The notes below the pieces were generated by a model. That model saw only the letters and a program-made list of their open reading frames with translations. It had not been told where the DNA came from and did no database searches. DNA of 64,000 bases, taken from assembly GCF_009914755.1 (NCBI RefSeq), contig NC_060938.1. One strand, given 5' to 3'. This document shows, in pieces, positions 16,290 through 29,283 of this stretch. The stretch comes from the human T2T-CHM13v2.0 reference genome, Homo sapiens. Position 1 is the stretch's first letter; the number at the start of each line of letters is the position of its first letter. A program made the position numbers and the translations under genes.

Positions 16290-16678
16290 GAGTACTCCAG
16301 AGAAACAAACAGTAGGCAATAGACAGATAGATAGACAGATAGATAGAAAGAAAGATAGATGATAGATAGACAGACAGACAGACAGACAGGCAGTTTTACT
16401 CTAAGGCATTAGCTCACATGATTATGGAGGCTGACAAGTCCGAAATGCTGTTGAACAGGATAATTCTCACTGTGGGAGGGCCATCTTTTTGTTTTTCTCA
16501 GGACTTCAACTGATTGAATGAAGCCCCCACACTGAGGAGGACAATCTGCTTTACTCCGTCTACAGATTCCAACATTAATCTCATCCAAAAACACGCTCAC
16601 AGATAAACCAGAGTAACATTTGGCCATCATCTGGGTACCTTGGGGCCCAGTCAAGTTAACACATAAAAGTCACCCTCT
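16290..16678 (-). mobile_element. MLT2-like ERVL LTR containing a (GATA)n/(GACA)n tract (16320-16390)
   Basis: CTCCAGAGAAACAAAC...GCTCACATGATTATGGAGGCTGACAAGTCC...GGCCCAGTCAAGTTAACACATAAAA. Confidence 0.8.
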
Positions 16679-18559
16679 CCGTGGAAAAAACCTAGGAAAA
16701 GAACCAATATGCACTTAATGTAATCATGTGCTTGGCATTATACATGGCTGTCTCCAATGGCACACAGCCGGATGTGGTAGGTGCCTAGTTTGGTTGACTC
16801 TACAGGCAGTGGTTTTTCCACGGTGCCTGCCTTGGATGATTCCAAATGCGGCCTTCTCCCAGGAAGCCTATGAGGTAAGACGATGTCCAATGGCAGCAGA
16901 TACCCAGGGCACCATTTGAAACAGGAGTGTGTGACACAGACCTGCTGGAGACTGTAGTGCCAGCATCAGACCTCACTCAAGAAGTTGCATCCAAGTGCCT
17001 GCCTGGTTGTCCTGACTGCTTCCTCTTTTCAGGGAGCTTATATGCAGAATCCCACATCAAAGGCACACAAGGAAAAGGCAGATACTGGGTAATTTGTGAA
17101 GTGGAAAAGTCAGGTTTTAGCTCCTTTGCCCTCTCAAGCTGAGAAGGCTCACACTTCCTCTTGACCCACTTGTACCCTGTTGGCATGCCTGTCCTGTTCC
17201 TCAGGCCTTTAAGGTACCAGGTGTCACATGGTTTATCTAACGAACTCACCTGAGTTCCTGGAGCTCAGCAAGAGAACCAGGGAAGCAGCATTAAATGAGG
17301 TTTTCTAGAGCCAAGATCAGCACCTGGCATGCAACCTTCAAGTGATTCCTACCCTGAGAACTTCAAGCCAAGGGGCATGGGACCAGCCCATAGGGAGAAG
17401 AGACCATTTGGTATCCTTCAGATCACATTCTGGCAGCGCTGGGAACCACACTTCAGGCTCCTGTGACTCCAACCTGTTGGCTTTTGCCTTAAAGGAATTC
17501 CCTTACTATCACTTACCCTCAAACACAGGCTCCTCCGAGGCTTGAACAGAGAGGTGGAATCTTTACTCCCTCATGCAGCCAGTGACAGCTGTACAAGTGG
17601 CCCCCGGACAAGTGCCTCTAAGATTTCACTTCTTTGGAGCCTCCCACTTTATCTCATCCCCAACCCTTGCTACGACCACCATATCCAGATGTGAGGAGGT
17701 AAGAACTTAACCCTGTTTACAAGAAAGACAAAGAAGGTATTTTTCAGGCGCTCACCTGGCCCCACTCCTTGAATTCTGGTTATAAAGAACTCACCCTTGA
17801 GGCTGATGTTGAGCAGAGCCAAGGCCGGCCTAACTGTGGGATAGAAGCAGCTTGGATCTGGGGTAGGAAGAGTTCTAGCAGAGCAGCTGCTCAGCCCTGA
17901 GCTGGAGAAGTGTTCAGAAAGAAGAGGCGGGGAGCTTTAGAACAGTGGTCCAGTCTGCATGGACATCACAGGTATCCCTTGCATTAAGACAGAGATCAAT
18001 TAGGAACTGTCTAATGCATCATAAAAGAAATCTTCACTTGATAAAAAGGAGAATGACCAGAACGTTCCCTGAATAACGGCCACCACCACTCTCTCCAAAC
18101 CCCCACCCACTTAAAGCACATTCCAGCTTTGGGACAACCCTCAGGACAGCATTTTCACGACCACGCACCCATCCTGTTGGATCTCTCAGGAATCTGCGGA
18201 CACCAAGAACGTTTTAGGATAAGCCAGGCTGGGTGGATCTCAAGAAATGGGCTCTGCTAAACAAACCCAGAAGGCACTTTCCATAAGTAACAGCAGAAAT
18301 GCCACAATGCAAATTGTGACAAATCGGACCAGCTACTGTGAGACTGGGAGGAGTGTTTTATTCTTTCCTTTATGTATTTCATTTTTGAGCATCTCAGTCA
18401 GCCTAGGATGGAGCTGAGCTGACAGTGGGGTAGAAGAGATGGTGGGCAAACAACTCAGAGCCAAGGATAGAAAGTCGAGAGGAGGGAGCTGAAGGAGAAA
18501 CAGCTAGGGGGAAACAAAAAAGCCAGGGACTGTGTGGGACTTGCTGCTCAGGAGCTGAA

Positions 18560-18920
18560 CTTGCAGCTTTGACAAAGCTGACTTTAAGCCGACCTTCAGC
18601 GGCGCTTCTTAGCAATGTACACCGGGCAATCGCTGGTAAATCTTTATTAATTTTAATTGGCGGCACCCATTTATAAGAACCATTAAAAAGGATAAATTGA
18701 GCCCATCCGGCGTAATGTCTTTTGTTAATTAGTTTGTCAGCACTGTTTTAATATCCCCTAATGACTTCATATTTCAGACCTGACATTAAAGGAGACGCTG
18801 TGAGAAAGGAAATGGTCTTATCACAGTGTACTGTACCGTTTTTCTTTTTTGAACAAAAAGTGTCCTTCCAAATGCTGACCAAGGTTAGATGTCATTTAAT
18901 TCTCAAAGGTAGGTGCTTGA
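18560..18920. promoter_or_regulatory. Candidate conserved non-coding enhancer
   Basis: Repeat-free, locally CpG-retaining, dense in TAAT/ATTA, TTTAT and TGTCA motifs; conservation is inferred, not measured. Confidence 0.5.
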
Positions 18921-19525
18921 GGACTTCTGAAGCCCCCAATTCTCTCTCCAAGTCCTGCCATCCCATCATTTCTCAATTTTCCTCTTAGTCTTAACCATCT
19001 CAGGCATCCCCAACACACTCCTTCATTTCTTCTTTCCTCCTTCATTTACTCTACAAACATCTATTGATCTATTGAACCCCTCAGAATCAGGGAGATGGGA
19101 GGGGAGGAAGTCAAGCAACATGCAGATATTTTCTAGAAAAAAAGACCTAAAAGCTTTACATTTTCTATTCCACTGAAGGGCTTTTATTTATGTATTTATT
19201 TTTTCATTTTTTCAAATTCAAAGCCAGCATATTTCTTTTGGCAGGGAACAAAATATGAAAAGGAAGAGAAAGAAAGACAAAGCGATAAGGTGGGCCTTAA
19301 CTCCTGGTTCCAAACATTTTTGCTCTAATGACCAAAACTGACACCAAGGCAGTCTACCATGGTGGGAGCACAGGTCTTAGGGTGATGGGGAGAGAAACGG
19401 GGGGGGGGGGGGAGGGGAGAGAGAGAGAGAGAAAGAGAGAAAATGCCCTGTGTTTGGATCTTAGGACCACCGCCATGGGCCTCAAAAAAGGGGGCACAAG
19501 ATGATGCACTGGAATGCTGGAAGCC

Positions 19526-19814
19526 TTTTTTTTTCCCCAAGATGGAGTCTTGCTCTGTCACCCAGGCTGGAGTGCAGTGGTGCAATCTCAGCTCACTACA
19601 ACCTCCGCCTCCCCAGTTCAAGCAATTCTCCTGCCTCAGCCTGGCTGGGATTACAGGCATGTGCCACCACGCCTGGCTAATTTTTTTATATTTTTAGTAG
19701 AGATGGGGCTTCCCCATGTTGGTCAGGATGGTCTCGAACTCCTGACCTTGTGATCTGCTCACTTCAGCCTCCCATAGTGCTGGGATTACAGGTGTGAGCC
19801 ACTGCGCCCAGGCC
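19526..19814 (-). mobile_element. AluS
   Basis: Reverse Alu; TSD CTGGAAGC(C/T)TTT. Confidence 0.95.
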
Positions 19815-20620
19815 CCTGGAAGCTTTTAGAACTATTCACCAGTTGTCAAATCTAAACAAAAAGAAGGAAATTAAGTTTGTCTCTCATTGTCCCAGGGCCT
19901 TGGTCTCTCATTGTCCCAGGGCCACCAAGACTTGGGGTAAGGAGCAAGGGAGGGGCCTTAAAGAGCGAGCTGCAGTGCCTGCGCTGGCATGTTGGCCAGT
20001 TGCAGTTATCTTTGGCTGGTTAAGTGAATTTACAGGCAGTATTATCTAGTTTTAACTGAATTGCCCTCACAAAGAGGACAATTAGAAATCGTAGCTCAAA
20101 CTGCAAGTTGACATGAAAAATGACGGAGCTGAAACTTCTCCCACTCCAAGCTCTTTGTCAACCATCTGATGAGGTAAAAATAATGTTGATCTAATCACAT
20201 CTGACAAGCAACTGCCACCCACTCCCCCCCAAAAAAAGAGTAAAAAATTATCAAGAAGACTATTTGAAATGTGGATTTACATCCACTATTATTCACAGTA
20301 AACTTTGCCCTGGGCATATTCTGTGTCTTGAGATATTAACTAACAATCACGGTACTAATTTATGCTTTATGGATAAATAGACGGAAAAGGAGGCACATGC
20401 ATGCTCAAAAAAATTCTTATCGATAGAGGAATTCTGTGACTGTAAAAGCGTGTCTGGAGACGTCCCAAGTGTGGGGCTCTTGATGTACGTAACTCCCTGG
20501 ATCCTCAATTTTCTCTACTGTAAAATGGTAATAATTCCACCTACTTTGTAAGGTTGTTCTAACGACTAGAGACAAAGCATCTAAAGTGCCCATCACAGAG
20601 CCTGGTACTGGATGTAGCTG

Positions 20621-20700
20621 TCATCATCATCACAGCCATCGTCATCATCATTCTCATCATCATTACACCATCCTCATCACCATCATCACCACCACCACCA
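20621..20700. repeat. (CAT/CAC)n trinucleotide tract, resuming after the MSTA at ~21118
   Basis: Seen directly. Confidence 0.85.
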
Positions 20701-20701
20701 C

Positions 20702-21117
20702 TGATATAGTTTGGAATATGTATCTGTGTCTCTTCCCAAATCTCATGTTGAATTGTAACCCCTCGTATTTGCAGGTGGGGCCTGGTGGGAGGTGACTGGA
20801 CTTTGGGGGTGAATTTCTCATGAATGGTTTAGCGCCATTCCTCTGGTGCTGTCTGCCAGGTAGTGAGTGAGTTCTCCTGAGATCTGGCTGTTTAAAAGTG
20901 TGTGGTGTCTCATTCTCTCACTCTCTTGCTCTGTCTCTCACTCCTGCTTTCACCATGTGACTTCCACCATATTTGAAAGCTTCCGGAGGCCCCCCCAGAA
21001 GTGGATGCCAGCACTATGCTTCCTGTATAGCCTGCAGAACCGTGAGCCAATTAAACCTCTTTTCTTATAAATAATCCAGTCTCAGGGATTTCTTTATAGC
21101 AATGCAAGGACAGCCTT
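20702..21117 (+). mobile_element. MSTA MaLR solo LTR
   Basis: TGATATAGTTTGG...CCCAAATCTCATGTTGAATTGTAA...CAATTAAACCTCTTTTC. Confidence 0.85.
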
Positions 21118-21604
21118 CACCATCATCACCATTAACATCTTTATGACCACACCCACAAGCAATCTTCTGTGATCCCTTTCAACAGTGTACAGCAATCAGT
21201 GAATCACTGAAGTTGTTTTTTAATTACAAGTCCCCTTAAGAAAATCTGTAAGAGCTTCTTGCATGGCACAGAGCTCTCTTGGATGCACTTTCTCCTTTTT
21301 CATCCCTCCTACACTTCATGCATGCTGTAGAGCAAGGCCTCACCAACTCCAACAGACAGATGATGCATTTGAATGAAGCGAGTCACAGGGACCGGGAAGA
21401 GCTTCAGAATGACAGCCTGTTTAAAGGGCCAGCCTGAGAAACAGAGGGAGACCATGTCTCAAAAAACTAAAATAAAAATAAAAAATGAAAAACAAACCAA
21501 AAAAATTAAGAGTGGCTGCTTCCCAGCACCATGCAATAGTTGCCATATAGGAAGATGGGCACAGTGAAGCCATAGCATCCTATCTCCGAGAAAATCCAGA
21601 AATG

Positions 21605-21941
21605 GGCCAGGCGCGGTGGCTCACGCCTGTAATCACAGCACTTTGGGAGGCCGAGGTGGGGGGGATCACCTGAGGTCAGGAGTTCAAGACCAGCCTGGCC
21701 AACATGGTGAAACCCCATCACCACTAAAAATACAAAAAAAAAGAAAAAAAAAAAAGAAAAAGAAAATAACCAGGCATAGTGGCGGGCGCCTGTAATCCCA
21801 ATTACTTAGGAGGCTCAGGCAGGAGAATGGCTTAAAGCCAGGAGGCGGAGGTTGCAGTGAGCCAAGATTGCACCATTGCACTCTAGCCTGGGCGACTAAA
21901 GTGAGACTATGTCCCAAAAAAAGAAAGAAAGAAAAAGAAAA
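21605..21941 (+). mobile_element. AluS with expanded middle A tract
   Basis: TSD GAAAA(T/A)CCAGAAATG. Confidence 0.95.
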
Positions 21942-22696
21942 ACCAGAAATGGAGATACTTTTCAGTGAAATCTTTCTTTTTTTTTTTTCTGCATCAATCT
22001 GTTACAGTGCCTAAAATAGCACTTTGGAGTTGTGTTTCTTGAGTTTTACAAGCTTTTCCGCCTTAGGGGGTCCCCTGTTGAAAAGAAAATGTCCATGAGG
22101 GAGGAGTACATTAGGTCTCAACTGACATCTAAAAAGAAATTTACATGTCAGTCTTTTGAGAGTGAGATACAAGACAAGAAAGGTGGGGGTGGGGAGCAGG
22201 GCTAGAGTAGGGGGCAGGAAGGGACCAAAAGACAAACTGAGGGGAATTCCAAGGGTCTGTTTAACATTACCTACACCCCCGCTTTGCTAAGACTGGCTTT
22301 TACTCTGGAAAACGGGATTATTTGCTTTTGAATATCTACACCTTCTCCTTTTCCTCTGTACACTCTCCCCACTCATCCCCTCCAATCTCCTTTCCTCAGC
22401 CTTTGTATGCATTCATGCATGCAGGTGTATACACACACACGTGCACACACACACACACGTGCACACACACACACACACACCAGAAAACTCTGAATTTAAG
22501 AAAATATTAGGATAAAAACAAGAGTTGAGGCCATGCATGGTGGCTCACACCTGTAATCCCAGCACTTTGGGAGGCCAAGGTGGGCGGATCACTTGAGGTC
22601 AGGAGTTAGAGACCAGCCTGACCAACATGGTGAAACCCCATCTCTACTAAAAATGTAAAATTAGCTGGGTGTGGTGGTGGAGGCCTGTAATCCTAA

Positions 22697-23796
22697 TGTT
22701 AGAGGTGTTCGAACCACAGCGACTCCATCTTGAGTGAGGGCTAGGAAAATGAGACTGGGACTTGCTGGGCCGCATTCCCAGAAAGTTAGGTATTCCTAAA
22801 CTCTAGATGCTTACAGTTAAAGGAACAAATTGATCATGTTTACTAAACAGACTCAGACTTGAGAGTATCCTAATATCCTGATACCTTGGGAACAAAGACA
22901 TTCCTAATTTTGCTTTAAAGATAATATGATAATATCGATTCTTGCAAAATATTGTCATTAAGAAAATTAATCCTCTATCACAAACCCTTGTAGCAGAGCA
23001 CATCTCCCCAGGATCTTTTTTATCCTATATATACAAGCATTGTACCTAGGGTGGACGTGTTCCTCCTCTTACTTTCGGGAATGCCCTACTCTGTCTATGG
23101 AGTAGCTGTTCTTTTGTCAGAGGTGTGTGAACCAGAGCAACTCCATCTTGAATAGGAGCTGGGTAAAATAAGGCTGAAACCTATTGGGCTGCATTCCCAG
23201 ATGGGTAAGGCATTCTAAGTCACAGGATGAGATAGGAGGTCAGCACAAAATAGAGGTCCATACAGACCTTGCTGATAATACAGTTTGCAGTAAAGGAGCC
23301 GGCCAAAACCCACCAAACCAAAATGGCCACGAGAGTGACCTCTGTATGTCCTCACTGCTACACTCCCATCAGCACCATGACAGTTTACAAACGCCATGGC
23401 AACATCAGGAAGTTACCTTGTATTGTCTAAAAAGCGGAGGCATGAACAATCCACCCCTTGTTTAGCATATCACCAAGAAATAATCATAAAAATGGGCAAC
23501 CAGCAGCCCTCGGGGCTGCTCTGTCTATGGAGTAGCCATTCTTTTATTCCTTTACTTTCTTAATAAACTTGCTTTCACTTTGCACTGCAGACTCACCCTG
23601 AATTCTTTCTTGTGCGAGATCCAAGAACCCTTTCTTGGGATGTAGATTGGGACTCCTTTCCTGTAACACTTTCACCATTTTACTTTCTTAATAAACTCAC
23701 TTTTGCTTTGCACTGTGGACTCGCCCTGAATTCTTTCTTGTGCGTGATTGAAGAACCCTCTCTTGTGGTCTGGATTGAGACCCCTTTCCTGTAATA
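22697..23796 (+). mobile_element. LTR15-like (MER41/MER4-group) ERV1 solo LTR, interrupted by MER41A
   Basis: TGTTAGAGGTGTTCGAACC...GACCCCTTTCCTGTAATA; halves 22697-23114 and 23673-23796. Confidence 0.75.
23115..23668 (+). mobile_element. MER41A solo LTR
   Basis: 554 bp TGTCAGAGG...CCTGTAACA with perfect 4-bp TSD CTTT (23111-23114, 23669-23672). Confidence 0.85.
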
Positions 23797-24139
23797 TCAG
23801 CTATTCCGGAGGCTGAGGCACGACAATCTCCTGAACCTGGGAGGCAGAGGCTGCAGTAAGCTGAAACCGCACCACTGCACTCCATCTTGGGTAACAGAGG
23901 GAAACTCCATCTCAAAAAAAAAAACAAAAACCAAGATTTGGAAAATTACTAGACTGTAATATAAGACAAATCTGAAAAGAAAATAAGCTGTGTATATGCA
24001 TGTGCATGAGGATATGTATGGTTTACTACTTTTCAGCAACAATTAATCCCCTCATCACCCTAAAAGAAATCTTTATTAGCACATACTATTAACCAGACCA
24101 TGTGCTAAGTGCCAAGGATACTAAGATAAATAAGAAAAT

Positions 24140-24619
24140 TGTTAGACATGAGTTCTAAATTTCTCTTCAAAGAATCAATGTCAGTATGTTCAATTCTTTG
24201 CCTTCTACTTTTAAACTTAACTTCCTCGTAAAGCAACCTTTTCAATCACCTGCTCCACCCTGACTCATTCTGATTACCTGCTCATTCTCCACCCTGACTC
24301 ATTCCGATTTCCTGCTCTGCCATAATCATTTTTCCTGCCAAACCACTCACCCCATCACTCTCTTTAAATTAGCCAATCGAAATTAGTTTAGCCTATGCGG
24401 TCTAACCCTAACCAACAGGGGAATGACACAGCAGCAGGGGCCACGTGTGTCAGGAATAAGACCCCCCTTCCCCTCCCTTGTTCGGGTGTGCACTCACCAC
24501 TGCTCCATCTGTGAGGGCACACCCTTCTATAGAAGTAATTTGCCTTGCTGAGAAGAAAAAAGGAAAATTTTATATTCAAGTGCTATTTCTTTTGCAGCAC
24601 CAAAACTTTATTTATAACA
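24140..24619 (+). mobile_element. LTR10 (LTR10A/F-like, HERV-I family) solo LTR
   Basis: TGTTAGACATGAGTTCTAAATTTC...; repeated CTCCACCCTGACTCATTC units; ends TATAACA. Confidence 0.85.
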
Positions 24620-24819
24620 AAAGCAATTCTTGTCTTCAAGGATCTCGCCATTTAGGTGGGAACACCAACAAATATACAGTGATGGATAATTTGCTACAAG
24701 TTTTAAAAGAGGTGAATCTGTGGGAACATAAATAAAAGGCGTACCCACCTGTTCCTATGGAAAGTCAGTTTTGTGAAAGCTTCATAGGGGAAATGTCCCA
24801 TAGACTAAATATTTCTTAA

Positions 24820-25920
24820 AACTTTTAAATTATGCAATGTATCATACAGAAAATAATATAAATGATGTATACGTACCATTTAAAAATAGTAAACACCTGT
24901 GAACCCACCACCCAGCCTAAGAAATAGAACAGCTTCCACATCTTTGAAGTACCTCTCTGACCTCAAATGTTTTGTTTTTCATTCGTTTTTACTTTTAATT
25001 TTCTTCCTGTATATGTGTCACTAAGCTATTAATACATACTTTTTTGGTTTGTCTGGTTTTGAATTTTATGTAAATGGGACAATACAGTATTATTATTCTA
25101 AGACATGATTTTTTTACTTGACCATATGTTTTTGAGAATGATCTCTGTTCATATACACAGTTACAGTTTATTAGTTTTTAGTGGTATGTAGTTTTCTGTT
25201 GTATGAACATATCCTAACGTATAGAGCTATTTTACCATTGATAACTATTCCATTCTTTTCCATTTTTGTTATTATAAACTAAGACACAATGAAAATTCTT
25301 CTATAAGACTCCTGGTAAATATGTCTCCTGCAAGAGGAACTCTTGGATTGTTGCTGAATGCAATTGGCTTGAATATTGATTTTGTGTCCATTAACTGTGC
25401 TAAATACTCTTATTAATTCTAAATTTGTATCTGTAAAAAGTTTGGTATTTTTTATAGACATCTGTATCATTTGAAAATGGTGGTAACTTTTTTTCAAATT
25501 TTATATACATGTTTTTCTTATCTTACCACAATTATTAAGACTTCTAATATGATATTGTATGTAAGTGATGGTAACTAACATTTACATCTAATTCCTGACC
25601 TTAAACAGAATGCTTTCAACATTTTACCACTAAGTATGCTTTGTACTTTTCTGAAAATATATAATTAATTTCCCTCTGTTAGGTTAAAGATGATTCCTTC
25701 TATCCATCATTTGCTAAAAGTTTTTTATCATGATCTAATTTTTAATATTGCCAACAGTTCTTCACTTAAAAAAATTGTATGTTTATTCCACCTTTAATCT
25801 GTTACTATAATGCATTACCTTATTCAGTGGTCTAACATTAAACCAACTTTGCATTCTTACGATAAGCCTAACTGGTCATTATCTGTGTTAATGCATATAG
25901 CTAGAATTAGTTTGTATTAA
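24820..25920 (-). mobile_element. Old L1 (L1ME-like) fragments
   Basis: AT-rich antisense L1 3' UTR/ORF2-like motifs, e.g. AATGCTTTCAACATTTTACCACTAAGTATG. Confidence 0.6.
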
Positions 25921-25929
25921 AGTATAGTA

Positions 25930-27090
25930 TTTCAAATTGTCTCAAAGCCTTTTAGTCCTAGCCAGCAGTGCTTTTGCCAATGCAGTTCTCATAAAGACTT
26001 TGTGGGTTTCCAGTTTATCTGATTCTGGTCAGCTTCACGCCATAGAGCCACATTTAAAATTCTTTCCTAGATAGCCTCTTGCTAATTTTGGCAAACTAAA
26101 TCCCTTTTATCTAGTAGAGAGGATCTACTAGGAGCCACCATAAATCTTATCAAGGTCTTATCTAAGGATCCCACAGTTACGCTCTTAATTCTTTACCCTG
26201 AGGCCATTACTTACTTTGAAAATAATTTACTGGCTTGAAACACCAGAATTAAGAAGTAGTTTTGGTTTTCAACCCATTACTTTATGACTTCTCTATAGCT
26301 ACTCTTGTCGCAAACTGAACAATTCTTTCTATAGCTGATCTCTCTCTTCCCATACCTTATCACAGGCAGCTAAAACATTCTAAAACACTTTCAACATTCT
26401 TCCAGGAATCACCTTGCCAATGTCCAAGTTTATTAGATTTATTTTCTATTATACAGTTACCATGGGCAACAACAGCTTTGTCAAATGTTACTACTATTCA
26501 ACACAGATCCTCAATTTCCCAGCCTTCTAGAGCAGTTTCCTCATTACATTCCAGCCTCCACAACTGTTTATTTGCAAATTTTCCAAGCTTTGGAAATAGT
26601 TCCCTTGCTGCTTTTCTATCCTCTGTCACTCAGTCCTAAAGACAATGGCTCATGTTTTAGGTTTTTAGTTCAGCAGCACCCCACTTATAGGTGTCAATTT
26701 CTCCACCAATCAGCTCATGTTGTATAACAAACCACCTCAAAATTTAGTGGCTTAAAACAACAATCATTTGTTCAGCTCAGAATTTTGTGGATCCATAATC
26801 TGGGCTGTATTTAGCCAATAGGTTCATCTGCTGGTGTGGGCTGGGCTCACTCATGCTTCTACAGCCAGCTGCTGGTCAGCTGGATGGCTTGTTTCCAATG
26901 CTTACCTGGCTGGCCCTTTGGGCATAGAGACAATTGAGCCCTACATCTATCATTGAAAGACAAGCCAACACAGGCTTCTTCACATGGCAGCCATGGCAAG
27001 GGTCTCTAGAACAATAAGAGAGAAAGACTGAATGCACAGGTGCCGTTCACATTTCTGCTTATGTCTTATTTGCTAATGTCCTACTGACAA
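25930..27090 (-). mobile_element. MLT1 internal fragment plus MLT1 LTR (LTR from ~26705)
   Basis: Int/LTR junction CAGCACCCCACTT...CAATTTCT, then AACAAACCACCTCAAAATTTAGTGGCTTAAAACAAC. Confidence 0.6.
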
Positions 27091-27149
27091 TAAGGATTAC
27101 AACATGCTTTCTTGATTCATCCCTTTTCTCTCTGTCCATTTATTTTCCT

Positions 27150-28920
27150 TTTTTCAGCTTTAGAGGTATGATTGACAAAAATTGTATATATTTAAGTAAA
27201 ATGTTAGTATTAATTATAGTCACTATGCTATATGTTAGGTATCTAGAACTAATTCATCTTATAACTGCAAATTTGCACCTTTTGACCAGCATTTCCCATT
27301 TCCCCCACCTCTTTCCTGGAAACCATCATTGTACTCTGTGTCTCTGAGTTCTACTTTTTTACGTATAAGTGAAATCATGCAACGTTTGTCTTCCTGTGCC
27401 TAGCTTATTTCATCTAAATGTGATATATTTCATTTAAAATGTGATATATATATGTATATATGTACATGTATATACATATATATATCACATTTTAAAAATC
27501 CATTCATCCCTTGATGGATACTTGGTTTGTTTCCATATCTTGGCTATTATAAATAATGCTGCAGTGAACATAGGAGTGCAAATATTTCTTTGATATAGTG
27601 ATTTTATTTTCCATGAATATATATCCAGAGGTAGAAATACTAGATCATATGATAATTATATTGTTAACTTTTTGAGGAACCTCTGTACTGTTTTCCATAT
27701 GACTGTACCAATTTACATTCTCACAAGAATGGAGAAGGGTTCCCTTTCCTCCACATCCTCACCAACATTTGTTATCCTTTGACTTTTTAATAGTAGCCAT
27801 CCTAACAAGTTTGAGGCAGTATCTCCTTGTGGTTTTGATTTGTATTTCCCTGATAATTAGAGACACTGACCACCTTTTTTATGTATCTGTTAGCCATCTG
27901 TATGTCATTTTCAGAAAAATATCAAATTGCCCATTTTTTTTAATTTTTCCTTTTTTTTTTTTTTTTTTTTTGAGACAGGGTCTCACTCTGTCACCCAGGC
28001 TGAAGTGCAGTGATCCTTCCACCTAAGCCTCCCAAGTAGCTGGGACCACAGGTGTGCACCACTATGCCCAGCTAATTTTTGTGTTTTTGTGGAAACGGGT
28101 TTTCACCATGTTTCCCAGGCTGGTCTTTGCCCATTTTAAAATGCAGTTATTTGAGGGTTTTTTCTACTGAGTTGAATAAGTTCTTTATATGTTTTGGATA
28201 TTAATCCCTTTGCAAATATTTTCTCCCATTATGTGAGCTGTCATGTCACTTCGCTGACTGGTTCTTTTGCTGTGTAGAAACTTTTAGTTCAATGTAGTCC
28301 CATTTGTTTATTTTTGTTTTTATTGCCTGCTTTTGGTATCTTATCCAAAAATCATTGCCAAGACCACTGGAGATTTTCTCCTATGTTTTCTTTTAAGGAT
28401 CTTATATTTTTAGGTCTTAAGTCTATACCTTTAATCTATTTATAGTTGATTTTTGGTGTATGGTGTGAGATAAGGATCTGATTCCATTGTTTTTGGTTTG
28501 TTTGGTTTGATTTCTCAAGTGGATATCCAGTTTCCCCAAAGCCATGTATTGAAGAGACTATCCTCTCTCCATTATATATTCTTGCTACCTTTGTCAAAGA
28601 TTAGTTGATCACATATGCATGTGTTTATTCCTGAACTTTCTATCCTGTTCCATTGATCTATGTGTCTGTTTTTATGCCAGTGCCAAACTGTTTGATTGCT
28701 ATAGCTTTGCAATATGATTTGAAATCAGAAAGTGTGAAGCCTCCAGCTTTGTTTCTGCTCAAGATTACTTTGGCTATTTGGTGTCTTCTGTGGTTTCATA
28801 CCAATTTTAAGATTATTTTTTCTATTTCTGTAAAAAAAAATGCCATTGGAATTTTGAGATTGCATTGAATCTGTACATCACCTCAGTAGTATGAACATTT
28901 CGACAATATTGATTCTCCTA
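27150..28920 (-). mobile_element. L1MA/L1MB-type 3' portion containing a partial AluJ (27935-28127)
   Basis: Antisense L1 3' end and ORF2 motifs: CCACATCCTCACCAACATTTG, TTTGTCAAAGATTAGTTGA. Confidence 0.85.
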
Positions 28921-29283
28921 TGAATTTGTCTGTTATTATTAACTGTTATATTTGTCTCTTCTTGGATAAATGCAAGAACCTCAGAACCTTTTAAATCCAT
29001 TCCCCCTCCTGATTTATAGGCCATTGTTGTAATATATTTTAATTCCATGTATATTTCAAAATGAGTTAAGTTCTATTATTATGATGTCAATATTTATTTA
29101 GATTTACCCACTAGTTATCATTTTCATTGTTCTTTATTCCTTCTGACATCTCAGCTTCTTCTGGAAAAATACCTTTTGCTTTGTTTCAGGTTTTGTGGTA
29201 ACACATTCTCTGAAGTTTACTTGTTTGTTTGTTCTTTAAGTTTTACTGAGCTATAGTTGACTTATAATAAACTGCTAATATGT

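Larger units (their letters stand above)
22529..23930 (+). mobile_element. AluS split by nested LTRs (Alu parts 22529-22696 and 23797-23930)
   Basis: Alu breaks at GCCTGTAATCC and resumes CAGCTATTCCGGAGGCTGAGG. Confidence 0.9.

Noticed and set aside
20586-20795. His/Thr-rich ORF
   Set aside because: Produced by the (CAT/CAC)n tract running into an MSTA LTR.
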